NCBI GenBank assembly: GCA_038087875.1
Contig: JAXLNO010000506.1
Location: forward strand, 1-46,157
DNA: 46,157 bases
Reading direction: 5' to 3'
Source of the DNA: Malacoraja senta
Taxonomy: Eukaryota
The notes beneath the pieces are model-generated. The model was not told where the DNA came from. It saw nothing but the letters and a program-made list of their open reading frames with translations, and did no database searches. The translations under genes were made by a program, and so were the position numbers. This document shows positions 22,790 through 34,515 of the stretch, in pieces (the stretch's first letter is position 1; each line of letters starts with the position of its first letter).

Positions 22790-24105
22790 TACTGTCATAG
22801 AAACATAGAATCAAAGAAAATAGTTGCAGGAGTGGGCCATTCGGCCCTTCGAGCCAGCACCGCCATTCAGTATGATCATGGCTGTTCATCCATAATCTGT
22901 GCCCCGTTCCTGCTTTCTCCCCATATCCCTTGATGGCCCACAGAGCTAAATCTCTCTCTCTCTTGAGAACATCCTGTGAACTGGCCTCCACTGCCTTATA
23001 TGGCAGATAACTCCATAGATTCACAACTCTCTGGCTGATAAAGTATCTCCTCGTCTTGGTCCTAAATGGCCGACCTCTTATTCTTAAACTATCAGAATCA
23101 GAATCAGCATCAGGATCACACTTTATTCGCCAAGTATGTTTTGCAACATACGAGGAATTTCATTGGCCAGGTCAGTCATACAATGAAATGTAACAGATCA
23201 CAGAAAAACAATTTTTTGCATGTACATCCACCACAGTGACTCCTATACAATCCTCACTGTGATGGAAGGCGAAAGAAAGTTCAAGTCCTTCTTATGACCC
23301 CTGGTTGTGGACTCCCCCAACATCGAGAACATTTTTCCTACATCTAGCCTGTCCAATCCCTGAAGAATGTTATATGTTAGGATCCCCTCTAATCCTTCTA
23401 AATTCCAGTGAATACAAGCCCAGACGACCAATTCTTTCCTGATATGTCAGTCCCGCTATCCCGGAAATTAACCTGGTGAACCTACGCTGCACGCCCTCAA
23501 TAGCAACAATGTCCTTCCTCAACAAAGTTTTTGTGTTTGTGTCGGATAGTGTTAGTGTAAACGGGGTGATCGCTCGACAGTAGCGACACGTTGGGCCGAT
23601 TGGCCTGTTTCTGCGCTGTATCTTTGAACGAACCAGTGTGTGACGGCTGAGCGTTGAGTCGGCAGGCAACGTGGTGGGCCGAATGGCCCGTTCCCCGACC
23701 GTGATGGGGTGAGGGGGGAGGGGAAGGGGTTACAGAGACATAGAAACATAGAAACATAGAAAATAGGTGCAGGAGTAGGCCACTCGACCCTTCGAGTCTG
23801 CACAGCCATTCAATATGATCATGGCTGATCATCCCAACTCAGTATCCTGTACCTGCTTTCTCTCCATTCCCCCTGATCCCTTTAGTCACAAGGGCCACAT
23901 CTAACTCCCTCTTAAATAGAGCCAATGAACTGGCCTCAACTACATTCTGTGGCAGAGAATTCCAGAGATTCACCACTCTCTGTGTAAAAAATGTTTTTCT
24001 CATCTCAGTCCTAAAAAAATTTCCCCTTATCCTTAAAGTGTGATCCCTTTTTCTGGACTTCCCCCAACATCGGGAACAATCTTCCTGCATCTAGCCTGTC
24101 CAACC
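22790..24105 (-). mobile_element. CR1 3' ends with nested Rex1-like tail and HE1 SINE fragments
   Basis: (gaaacata)n tails at ~22800 and ~23738, FTQRVVNLWNSLP, (tcagaa)n tail at ~23092, SINE 3' part at ~23530-23700. Confidence 0.7.
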
Positions 24106-24395
24106 CCGGGTGTCCAAGCACTGAAGCTGGTAGCCGCGAAACGATGTTGGGGGGAAGGTGAGAGATTAAATCCTCCCCCATCTGGACCCCACAACCCCTC
24201 TCCTCATCTCTGTAACCACCCCCTTTCTTCTCCACCCTCTCTCCCTCTTCTCCCCTCTCCCACCCACACATTCTTTCTGCATCTACTCCATCTATATTCC
24301 TCCACTCCCTACCTCCCCAGCCTCCTCACTCGCTCCCTCCCTCTCCCACCCCTCGACCGCCTCTCCCCATTCTTTTTCACGCACCATCTCTCTCA

Positions 24396-24460
<65 letters not shown>

Positions 24461-24466
24461 CTTCTC

Positions 24467-24554
<88 letters not shown>

Positions 24555-24777
24555 ACACACCTCCCTTCCAATCACCCCCCACCCCCTGTCTACTCCACCA
24601 GTCCCAGAGTCTCACCCGGGCCCCTGGTGCGGCCTCAGCCGGAGATGAGACGCATCTCGCCGGTCTGGACGCACTGCGTGGTCAGGGGAACGGCGACTAC
24701 ATTGCGGTTCATGGCGGCGGGATGGGAGTTTGCTCAACATGATGTCGTTGTCCATGGTGTAGTAATCGTATTTGGGA
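24105..24777 (-). pseudogene. Trypsinogen fragment D (3' part of exon 3, intron 3, start of exon 4)
   Basis: PKYDYYTMDNDIMLSK/HPAAMNRNVVAVPLTTQCVQTGEMRLISG*GRTRGP|gtgag, then FRGYQLQCLDT after a mutated acceptor. Confidence 0.8.
24388..24553. repeat. (CT)n microsatellite
   Basis: Direct reading. Confidence 0.95.
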
Positions 24778-25059
24778 AGGGAATAATCTAACTAACACTG
24801 TATTATACTCTAATCTCTTACCTTAACACTACACTCAAACTCTGCACTCAGCTGAAACTATACTAAACCTAAATCAAACGCTAGATTCAAACCATGAACT
24901 AAATGTAAAACTAAGCGTAGAGATCTCCGGTAGGTTGGAGGCAGGGGGGAGGGGTGGGGGAGATCGGAGCGGACAGTAACATAAACCATTCTGCATTGCA
25001 ACCATTTTATTCATAGTTTCCCAGTTGTGCAGAGAGTGAGGGCGGAGACCTGGCGGAGA

Positions 25060-26357
25060 CACTACTGTCCCGCCAGCATCACCCTGTCACAAGGACAGAC
25101 GCGAGAGGAGGTTAATTGGCTTCGGTATTGATTGTAAATTGTCCCTATTGTTTATGTGTGTGTAGGATAGTGTTAAGGGCCTGTCCCACTTGGCCGTCAT
25201 ACGCGCGCCATTTACGCGACCTGCTAGCGTGTGTGTAGCGTGTGGGTATCGTGTGGGTAGCGCGTGGGCAGCGCGGGACGGGCGCATGGAGTGGTGCGGA
25301 GTAGTGTGGAGTGGCGTGGAGAAGTGTGGACTTCATCCTGCACGAAAACATCGCGCGGCTCCGGCCAGTCGCGTAACTGACAGCCAAAGTGGTTCAGGCC
25401 CAAGACTCTGGGCGCGGCGCAACGTCTCAGCTCCAACAGCAGCAGAAGCAGGCAAAGGACCGCCGAGCTCGGCCTGGGGCACACGGCCGTTGCGGATCCA
25501 GATCCACCCCACTCTTATTCCCAGAGTGGGGCCAAGACGATTGGGGATAGGCACAATATGCTGCCGTAACTCAGCGGGACCGGCAACACCTCCGGAGAGA
25601 AGCAATGGGTGACGTTTCGGGTCGAGACCCTTCTTCAGACTGAAGAATAGTCTCGACCAGAAACATCATCCATTCCTTCTCTCCAGAGATGCTGCCGGTC
25701 CCGCTGACTTAATCCTGCATTTTGTGTCTCTCTTCAAATGACATCACGCGGTCCAGACGGCTGTGCGGACGCGTGTTGACGCGCGCACCCGTCGGGAGTC
25801 AGTCACTACAGGCCTGTCGCTTAAATGACGGCCAAGTTGGACAGGCCCGTTAGTGTAAACGGGGTGATCGCTCGACAGCAGCGACACGATGGGCCGAACA
25901 ACCGTTTCCGCGCTGTATCTGTGAACGGAACCAGTGTTTGAACGGGTGATCGTTTGTCGCCAGCGACTCGGTGGGCCGAATGGCCCGTTTCCGCGCTCAA
26001 GTGGGGAGCGAGGGGGAGAAGGGAGGGGGACGGATCGGGACCGGATTACAGAGAAGGGAAGAGGGGGTGTAGGGGCCGGAGAGGAGGGGGTTACAGAAAC
26101 GGGGAGTAGGGGTGTAGACCCCTTACTTAGCGTGGTAATGAGTGAGCTGCGGACACCACCCAGCGCGGGTCAATCAGGTCACTGCTGCACATGTGGTGGC
26201 CGGGGAGAGGAAGAGAAGGGGGTGTAGAGGGGGATGGAGAGGAGGGGGGAAGAGAGGAGGGGAAAGGGAGAAGAGGGAGAGTGGAGGTATGTTGTGCCCC
26301 GGAGGGAGTTTACTTACCGTCGAGTCCGAGGAAGACGAAGCGCAGAATGGTCATCAT
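25060..26357 (-). pseudogene. Trypsinogen-like pseudogene copy B (exon 1, exon 2 remnant, largely deleted exon 5)
   Basis: Exon 1 26318-26357 MMTILRFVFLGLD-G|gtaagt. Exon 2 remnant GHHMCSSDLIDPRWVVSAAH with a mutated donor. Exon 5 starts GDAGGTVV and is then deleted. Colinear with copy A. Confidence 0.8.
25176..25849. mobile_element. Harbinger-like MITE with nested Penelope/hammerhead palindrome (duplicate of 1654-2326)
   Basis: Same TIRs, TTA flanks and central palindrome (~25545-25735). Confidence 0.8.
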
Positions 26358-26789
26358 GTTGTGTGGGGTCGGGCGCAGATGCCTTTGGCGAGCGGCCGCA
26401 CCTGTGCTCAACCAAGCCCCGTGTATACCGCCGGGCGAGGTCGTTGATGGAGGGAGTGAGGGAGGGATGGAGGGAGGGAGGGAGGGAGGGGGAAGGTGGG
26501 AGGGAAGGATACAGGTGGGAAAGAGGGAGAGAGGAGTGAGAGGAGATGGGGACAGGAAGGGAGGGAGGGGTGGGGAGGGATGGGGAGGGAGGTGGAGGGA
26601 TGGACGGCAGGGGGAGGAGGTTACATAGAAAGGGAGGAGCGAGGAGAGGGAGAGGGGAGAGGGAGCGTGAGGGTGAGAAAGGAGATGGGACAAAGGAGTT
26701 TGAGAAGAGAAAGTGTAGTGGGTGTATGTAACGAGGTGTCGGAGGAGGCAATTGAGGCAGGGACTATCCCAACGTTTGAACGACACGTT

Positions 26790-27140
26790 GAGTTTAGTTT
26801 CTTATCACGTGTTGTTTTGTTGCGTGCTATCCATCAACAGAAAGACATGATGTACATGATGACAATCGAGCCGTCCACAGTGTACAGGTACAGGATAAAC
26901 GGAATAGCGTTTAGTGCAAGGCAAAGCCCGATTAAAGATAGTCCGAGGGTCTCCAAAGAGGTAGATGGGAGGTCAGGACCGCTCTCTATTTGGTAAGAGG
27001 GCGGTTCACTTGCCTGATAACAGCCGGGAAGAAACTGGCCCTGAATCTGGAGGTGTGCGTTTTCACACTTCGGTGCCTCTTGCCCGATGGGGGAGGGTAG
27101 AAGAGGGAGTGACCGGGGTGAGACTGGTCCTTGTGACTGG
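26790..27140 (-). mobile_element. Rex1/Babar-like LINE 3' fragment
   Basis: Minus strand resembles the HP.HSLF.PLPSGKR.RS C-terminus. Duplicated at ~34930-35280. Confidence 0.55.
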
Positions 27141-28674
27141 ACCGGGGAGAAGTTTGTAGTTTGAGTTTACAGTTTGAGTTTAGAGTTTAATTTAGATTTA
27201 GTTCGAGTTTGATTCAATTTAATTTAGTTCAATGAAACGACAGATATAGACGGTGATGTGGAGAGAATAGAACGAATGACTAAAAGATATGCAAAAAAGT
27301 GACGATGATATGGAAACAGGCCAATGTTAGCTGTGGTCGAGGTTACAAGTGTTTGTCAACCGGTAGATCAGGTAGGTCCAGGTGGACTGAGCGAAGGGAT
27401 TCTGGTAGTTTTAGCTTAAGGGTTGAGTTTCGAGTTTGAGTTTAGTTTAAATTAGTTTTACTTTACTTTGAGTTTCAGCTTTTTTCTCTGTAAACCCTCC
27501 CCTCCCTCCATTCCCCCCTCCCTATCCTCTCCACCCTCCCTCCTTCCCTCCCTGCTTCCCCCTCCCCATCCCCTCTCGCCCCTCCCTTCATCTTTCCTCC
27601 TCCCATTTCCCGACCATCCGTTCCTCTCCATCCCTCCCTCCCCGACCTCGCCCAGCGGCATACGTGCTTGGTAGAGCACAGGTGCGGTCGGTCGCTAAAG
27701 GCATCCGCGCCCCGACCCCACACAACATGAAGACCCTTCTGCTCTTCGGCTTCCTCGGACTCGCTGGTAAGTATACTCCGCCGGGCCCCAACCTCCCCCT
27801 TCTCTCCTCTTGCTCCCCTCCTCTCTCTCTCCAATTCTCCCCCTCCCCTTCTCTCCCCTCCTTTCTCTCCCCCTCTATATTTCCCCCACTATCTCCCCCT
27901 CTATCTCTCAACCATTCTCTCTCTTCCCTTCACTTTCTCCCCCTTCTCCCTCCCCTCATTTCTCTGCCCCTCTTTCTCTCCCCCACCTCCACCTCCTGTC
28001 TCAACCTCTCCGCTCACTCCCCCTCCTCTCTCTGCCCCTCCCATCTCCCCCCCACACTTGACTCCCCCTCCTCTCTCACCCCTCCTCTCTCTCCTCCCTC
28101 TTTCACCTTCTCTCTCTACCTCTCGCTCTCATCCCCCGTCCCTCTCTCCTCCCCGCTGGCAGTGATAGTGTTCGCGCTCCTCTCTCTCTCACACCCACAG
28201 TCGCGGCACCCACACACGATGTCAACATCGTGGGTGATTACGGGTGCAGTAAGAACGCCGCACCTTGGATCGTGTACCTCAACCTCGGCCACCATATATG
28301 CAGCGGCGCGTTGACTAACCCGGGATGGGTCTGCGGTATCTGCTGCTCAGTGTCACCACTCGTAAGTACAGGGGCTACACCCCTCTCCCCGTCTCTGATA
28401 ACCCCTCCCCTCCGGTCCCGAAGCCCCCTCTACCCGTCTCTGTAACCCGCCCTCCCTCCGGTCAGGGTTTGGTTTTAAGCGCAGTCTGGTTTTACGCCCT
28501 GTTCGTAGGAGAATAGAGGTTCGTCTGGGCGAGAAAGATATAACGGCTACGGAGGGGTCGGAACAATTCATCGATTCGGAGAAGGTGATCAGACATCCCG
28601 AATACGATTACTACACCCTGGACAACGACATCATGTTGATCAAACTGTCCCAACCCGCCGCCATGAACAGCAAT

Positions 28675-28728
28675 CCTTCGCTCCATAGATGCTGCTGCAC
28701 CCGCTGAGTTTCTCCAGCATTTTTGTGT
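28675..28728 (+). mobile_element. 54 bp Penelope-type insertion in trypsin exon 3
   Basis: Perfect 15 bp target duplication gccatgaacagcaat (28660-28674, 28729-28743); in-frame TGA at 28705. Confidence 0.85.
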
Positions 28729-29469
28729 GCCATGAACAGCAATGTGGTCGCCGTTTCTCTGCCGACGAAGTGCGCCCAGACCGGCGAGCCGTGTCTCATC
28801 TCCGGCTGTGGTGGGGGGCGCGACAGGTACCCGGGTGAGTCTCCGTGACTGGAAACTCAGGGGGGAGAGAGAGAAAATAGAGGACGAAAGACGGAGAGAG
28901 CGAATGTGAGGGTGTGGGATCGAGAAGAGGAGAGGGAGAGAGAGAGAATGAGGCGAGGAAGAGATTGAGATTGAAGGGGGGGGGGGGGTGGGAGGGGGGG
29001 AAGACAGAGAAAAGGGAATGGGAAGGGAGGTGAGAAAGAAGGAGACATTGGGGAGAGGAGGTGTAGTGGCCGAAAGGGAGGGGGATTACGGAGACGGGGA
29101 GAGGGTTTCATCTCTCACCTTTACCCCACAAGCGTTTCGCGACAACCAGATTCAGAGTTTGGACGTCCCGGCTATGAGTGACGTGGACTGTCACGGTTCC
29201 TACCCGCGAATGATGACTGACAACATGATGTGTGTCGGCTTCATGGAAGGAGGCCGCGACTCCTGCCAGGTACAGACACCCTCTCTCCGCGTCGCTGTAA
29301 CACCCTCCCTTCCCGGTCTCTGTACCCACCTCCCCTCCGACCCGTACACCCCATCTCCCCGTCTCTGTAACCCCTCCCCTTCCCTTTCTTTGTACACCCT
29401 CGCTTCCCCGACAGAGCGGAAACAGGTCCTTCAGCCCACCGAAGATGTTGCCAGAACCAGAGGGTGTGT

Positions 29470-29900
29470 GCTCTAGGGAGAGGTTACGCTGGATGCGACT
29501 CGATTCCTTGGAGCACAGGAGGATGAGGGGTGACCTTATAGAGGCGCATAAAATCATGTGACGAATAGATCGGGTAGAGGCACAGAGTCTCTTATACAGA
29601 GTAGGGGAATCGAGGACCAAAGTATATAGGTTCAAGGTGAAGCGGGGAAGATTTAATAGGAACCTGAAGGGTAACTTTCCCACACAGAGGGTGGTGGGTG
29701 TATGGAACGTGCTGCCGTAGGAGGTCGTTGAGCAGGGACCATCACAACGTTTAAGAAACAGTTAAATAGGTACATAGATAGGACAGGTTTGGAGGGATAT
29801 GGGCCAAACGCGGGCAGGTGGGACAGGTGAACCGGGACATTGTTGGCCGATGAGGCCAATTTGGGCCGAAGGGCCTGTTTCCATGCTGTATCACTCTGTG
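29470..29900 (+). mobile_element. CR1 3' end in trypsin intron 4
   Basis: RRMRGDLIEAHKIM...TQRVVGVWN and 3' UTR gggccgaagggcctgtttcc. Confidence 0.75.
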
Positions 29901-30154
29901 GCTCTCATTAACCTCCTCTCACGTCTGCCCTTGTGACAGGGTGATTCTGGCGGGCCAGTGGTGTGTAACGGAGTGCTCCAGGGAGTATCGTCTTGGGAAT
30001 ACGGGTGTGCGGTGAGAGACTATCCCGGCGTCTACACTCGCGTCTGCAACTACGTCTCCTGGATCCACAGCACCATGGCGGCAAACCGAGCCCGTGTCCC
30101 CGGCGGCCGCGCCAGGTCTCCGCCTCTCACTCACTGCACCACTGGGAAATTATC

Positions 30155-30160
30155 AATAAA
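30155..30160 (+). terminator. Polyadenylation signal of trypsinogen copy C
   Basis: AATAAA ~65 nt after the ancestral stop position; conserved in copy A and the 22575 fragment. Confidence 0.6.
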
Positions 30161-30980
30161 ATTGTTGCAACGAAGAATGGTTTCTGTTACTGTCATGGAA
30201 ACATAGAAACAAAAAAAATAGTTGCAGAAGTAGGCCATTCGGCCCTTCGAGCAAGCACCGCCATTCAATATGATCCTGGCTGATCATCCATAATCCGTGC
30301 CCCGTTCCTGCTTTCTCCCCATATCCCTTGATGCCCACAGAGCTAAATCTATCTCTCTCTTGAGAACATCATGTGAACTGGCCTCCACTGCCTTATATGG
30401 CAGATAAGTTCATAGATTCACAACTCTCTGGCTGATAAAGTTTCTCCTCGTCTCGGTCCAAAATGTCCGACCTCTTATTCTTAAACTATCAGAATCAGAA
30501 TGAGAATCACACTTTATTCGCCAAGTATGTTTTGCAACATACGAGGAATTTCATTGGCCAGGTCAGTCATACAATTAAAAGTAACAGATCACTCAAAAAC
30601 ACATTTTAGCATGTACATCCACCACAGTGACTCCTATACAATCCTCACTGTGATGGAAGGCGAAAGAAAGTTCAAGTCCTTCCTATGCCCCCTGGTTGTG
30701 GACTCCCCCAACATCGAGAACATGTTTCCTACATCTAGCCTGTCCAATCCCTTAAAAATGTTATGCGTTAGGAGCCCCCCTAATCCTTCTAAATTCCAAT
30801 GAATACAAGCCCAGCCAATTCTTTCCTCACATGTCAGTCCCGCTATCCCGGATTACCTACGCTGCACTCCCTCAATAGCAAGAATGTCCTTCCTCAAATT
30901 AGGAGATCAAAATGGCACACAATACTGCAGGCGTGGTCTCACCAGGGCCCTGTACAACTGCTGTAGTGCCTCCTTGTTCC

Positions 30981-31527
30981 TCAAGTCAAGTCAAGTTAAG
31001 TCAAGAGTGTTTTTTGTCATGTGTCCCAGATAGGACAATGGAATTCATATTTGCTGCAGAACAACAGAATATTGTAAGCAAAAATACGGAACAGTTCAGT
31101 TCAATATACACACAATTAAGCAGATAAAGTACAATAGGCTGTTACACTTCAGAGTCTGTTTGTTGGTGAGTTTAGCAGCCTGATGGCTGTGTGGAAGTAG
31201 CTGTTCCTGAACCTGGATGTAACATATTTCAGGCTCCTGTACCTTCTGCCCGATGGTTGCAGAGAGATGAGTGCGTGGCCAGGATGGTGTGGGTCTTTGA
31301 GGATGTTGGCTGCCTTTTTGAGGCAGCGACTGCGATAGATCCCTTCGATGGTGGGGAGGTCAGAGCCGATGATGGACTGGGCAGTGGTCACAACTTTCTG
31401 CATCCTTTTACGCTTCTGGACGCTCAAGTTGCCGAACCAATCCACGATGCAACCACTCACCATGCTCTCTACTGTGCACGTGTAGAAGTTCCAGAGAGTC
31501 CTCTTTGACATACCGACTCTCCGTAAA
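30981..31527 (-). mobile_element. Rex1/Babar LINE 3' end nested in CR1
   Basis: NFYTCTVESMVSGCIVDWFGN...KDPHHPGHALISLQPSGRRYRSL...FRNSYF and a (cttga)n tail. Confidence 0.8.
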
Positions 31528-31567
31528 CTCAAATCCTCTCGCACTGAATGTCAACATGTCATTAGCT

Positions 31568-32281
31568 GACCTGCCAACATTTGAAAATGAAAAATCTTAC
31601 TCTGAGTGCGCGTGTTGACGGAGTGCGGGCGCATTACGGGTGGGGTCCAGGGGCCCGCCTTAGCTGCTAGATTTAAAGATTTTTTTTTAACAGTTTGCTG
31701 ATATCGCGATATATTCAGAGCTGCCAAGTTTTTTCAGAGCATTGCACCATTCTAGTACCTGAAAATCAGTATTTCGCTGAGGAAATCAGTATTTTTACGC
31801 GGTACCATTTCGCTGATTTTTTAAATTATGTTTTAATTTGTTTAAAGATAAAATATTTCATGAAATAAATGACTTCATACAGCTAAACAAGTCTTTACAA
31901 AGAATGTTACCTGAAATGTCTCTTTGCCTAGCACTGTTTGCAAACAGCAGAGAAAAAGTGATTTTGGCAACAGCCATCTTCTGCTATAGTAAGAGAAGCT
32001 GGTCGGTGATTGGCCGCAACGCCCATCGGAGACAGCGTCTGATTGGCCGTCGAGTGACCAGCGCATTATGTGATTGGACACAATACCCTTGGAGACAGCG
32101 GCTGATTGGACGGAAATTTTAAGGGAAGCTGGTCGGTGATTGGACGCAACCCCCTTAGAGACAGCGGTTGATTGGCCGTTCGTTTTTCCCTCATTTCAAA
32201 ATCGTAATGTTCCGATTTTTCACACTTTTGTAACTTAAAAATCTAACAAATACGATAAAATCGGACCAGTTGGCTGGTATG
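31568..32281. mobile_element. Non-autonomous hAT-like DNA transposon inserted in CR1
   Basis: 8 bp duplication cattagct (31560-31567, 32282-32289); imperfect TIRs acctgccaac / gttggctggtatg. The right end is also present at 1-87. Confidence 0.65.
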
Positions 32282-32289
32282 CATTAGCT

Positions 32290-33140
32290 TTCTTCACTGC
32301 CTGCTGTACCTGCATGCTTACGTTCAGTGACTGGTGTTCAAGGACACCCAGGTCTAGTTGCACCTCCCATCTCCTAATCTGACCGTTCAGATAATAATCT
32401 GCCTTCCTGTTCTCGCCATCAAACCGGATAACCTCACATTTATCCACATTATACTGCATCTGGCATGCATCTGGCCACTACCCAACCTACCCAAGTCACC
32501 CTGCAGCCTCATAGCATCCTCCTCGCAGCTCACACTGCCACCCAGCTTTGCGTCATCCGCAAGCTCGGAGATGTCACATTTAATTCCCCCGTATAAATCG
32601 TTAATATATATTGTAAATAACTGGGGTCCCAACTCTGAGCCTTGCGATACCACACTTGTCACTGCCTGCCGTTCTGAAAAGGACCCGTTAATTCCGATGT
32701 GAGGCTCGCTGGTCTTAAATTCCCCGTTTTATCACAGCTTCCTTTCTGAAAAAGTGGGGTTACATGGCTACCCTCCAGTCCACTGGAACTGATCAGATCC
32801 GGGAGAACATTGGAAAATGATTACCAATGCATCCACGAGTTCTGGGACCTCCTCCTTGAGTACTCTGGGATGCAGACCATCAGGCCCTCGGGATTCACGT
32901 GCCTTCAGTCCTAACAGTTTATCCAACACCATTTCCTGACTAATGTGCATTCAGTTCCCACTTCAGTTCCTCCCTCCCACTGTATCCTCGGTTCCCCAGT
33001 ATTACCAGAAAATTGTTTGTGTCTTCCTTAGTGAAGACAGAACCAAAGTACTCGTTTAACTATTCTGCCATTTCTTTGTTTCCCGTCATAAATTCACCTG
33101 TCTCTGATTGTAAGGGACCTACATTTGACTTCACACTCTA
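32290..33140 (-). mobile_element. CR1 LINE RT remnant (paralog of 88-900)
   Basis: SVVSQGSELGPQLFTIYINDL...ADDAKLGG; GPDGLHPRVLKE. Confidence 0.85.
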
Positions 33141-33158
33141 CATTTGACTTCACACTTC

Positions 33159-34515
33159 AGACGTAGTTGCAGACGCGAGTGTAGGCGCCACGTTGGCCCT
33201 TCTCCGTACACCCCGTATTCCGACGATCCCACTCCCTGGAGCACTCCGTTATACACCACTGTCCCGCCAGCATCACCCTGTCACAAGGACAGACGCGAGA
33301 GCAGGTTAATTGGCTTCGGTAAAGATTGTAAATTGTCCCTAGTGTTTGTGTTGGATAGTGTTAAGGGCCTGTCCCACTTGGCCGTCATTCGCGCGCCATT
33401 TACGCGACCTGCTAGCGTTGTGTGTAGCGTGTGGGTAGCGCGTCGGTAGCGCGCGGGCAGCGCGGGACGGGCGCATGGAGTGGTGCGGAGTAGTGTGGAG
33501 AGGCGTGGAGAAGTGTGGACTTCATCCTTCACGAAATCTTCGCGCGCCTCCGACCTGTCGCGTAACTGACAGCCAAAGTGGTTCAGGCCCAAGACTCTGG
33601 CGCGGCGCAACGTCTCACCTCCAAAAGCAGCAGAAGCAGGCAAACGATCGCCGAGCTCGGCCTGGGGCTCACGGCCGTTGCGGATCCAGGTCCGCCCCCA
33701 CTCCTATTCCCAGAGTGGGGCCAAGACGATTGGGGATAGACACATTATGCTGCAGTAACTCAGCGGGACCGGCAACATCTCTGGAGAGAAGCAATGGGTG
33801 ACGTTTCGGGTCGAGAACCTTCTTCAGACTGAAGAATAGTCTCGACCCGAAACATCATCCATTCCTTCTCTCCAGAGATGCTGCCGGTCCCGTTGACTTA
33901 CTCCTGCATTTAGTGTCTATCTTCAAATGACGTCACGCGGTCCAGATGGCTGTGCGGACGCGTGACGACGCGCGCACCCCTCGCGCGTCAGTCACTACCG
34001 GCCTGTCGCGTAAATGACGGTCAAGTCATTTGTGGGCAGCGCCACGATGGGCCGAACAACCTGTTTCCGCGCTGTATCTGTGAACGGAACCAGTGTGTGA
34101 ACGGGTGATCGTTTGTCGGCAGCGACTCGGCGGGCCGAATGGCCCGTTTCCGCACTCAAGTGGGGAGCGAGGGGGAAGAAGGGAAGGGGACGGATGGGTA
34201 CGGGGTTACAGAGAAGGGAAGAGTGGGTGCAGGGGCCGGAGAGGAGGGGATTACAGAGACGGGGAGAGGGGGTGTAGACCCGTTACTTACGAGTGGTAAC
34301 AGTGAGCTGCGGACACCACCCAACGCGGGTTAATCAGGTCGCCGCTGCACATGTGGTGGCCGGGGAGAGGAAGAGAAGGGAGAGTAGAGGGGGATGGAGA
34401 GGAGGGGGAAGAGAGGAGGGGAAAGGGAGAAGAGGGAGAATGGAGGTATGTTGTGCCCGGGTGGAGTTTACTTACCGTCGAGTTCGAGGAAGACGAAGAG
34501 CAGAATGGTCTTCAT
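33159..34515 (-). pseudogene. Trypsinogen-like pseudogene copy E (exon 1, exon 2 remnant, truncated exon 5)
   Basis: Exon 1 34476-34515 MKTILLFVFLELD-G|gtaagt. Exon 2 remnant ~34291-34361 GHHMCSGDLINPRWVVSAAHCYHS|gtaagt. Exon 5 from 33277 [22 protein letters not shown], frameshifted. Confidence 0.82.
33364..34026. mobile_element. Harbinger-like MITE with nested Penelope/hammerhead palindrome (third copy, right TIR truncated)
   Basis: Colinear with 1654-2326. Confidence 0.75.

Larger units (their letters stand above)
27727..30089 (+). pseudogene. Five-exon trypsinogen pseudogene (copy C)
   Basis: Exons 27727-27766 (MKTLLLFGFLGLA), 28201-28361 (IVGDYGC...ICSGAL...WV/SAAQC), 28509-28834 (RIEVRLGE...DNDIMLIKL), 29133-29269 (...[11 protein letters not shown]), 29940-30089 ([11 protein letters not shown]...[14 protein letters not shown]). 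Phases 1,2,1,0 match vertebrate trypsinogen. Lesions: exon 2 frameshift, His57->Gln, insertion with a stop in exon 3, TGA->CGA stop loss. Confidence 0.92.

Noticed and set aside
27664..28314. 216 aa ORF: trypsin signal peptide read through intron 1 into a Pro/Ser/Leu-rich tail (similar in copies A and F)
   Set aside because: Pyrimidine-rich intron DNA lacks stops by composition, the GT donor is intact, and the length is not conserved among copies.
28705..28707. In-frame TGA as selenocysteine or programmed read-through
   Set aside because: It lies inside a TE insertion in a gene already frameshifted upstream, and no SECIS is evident.
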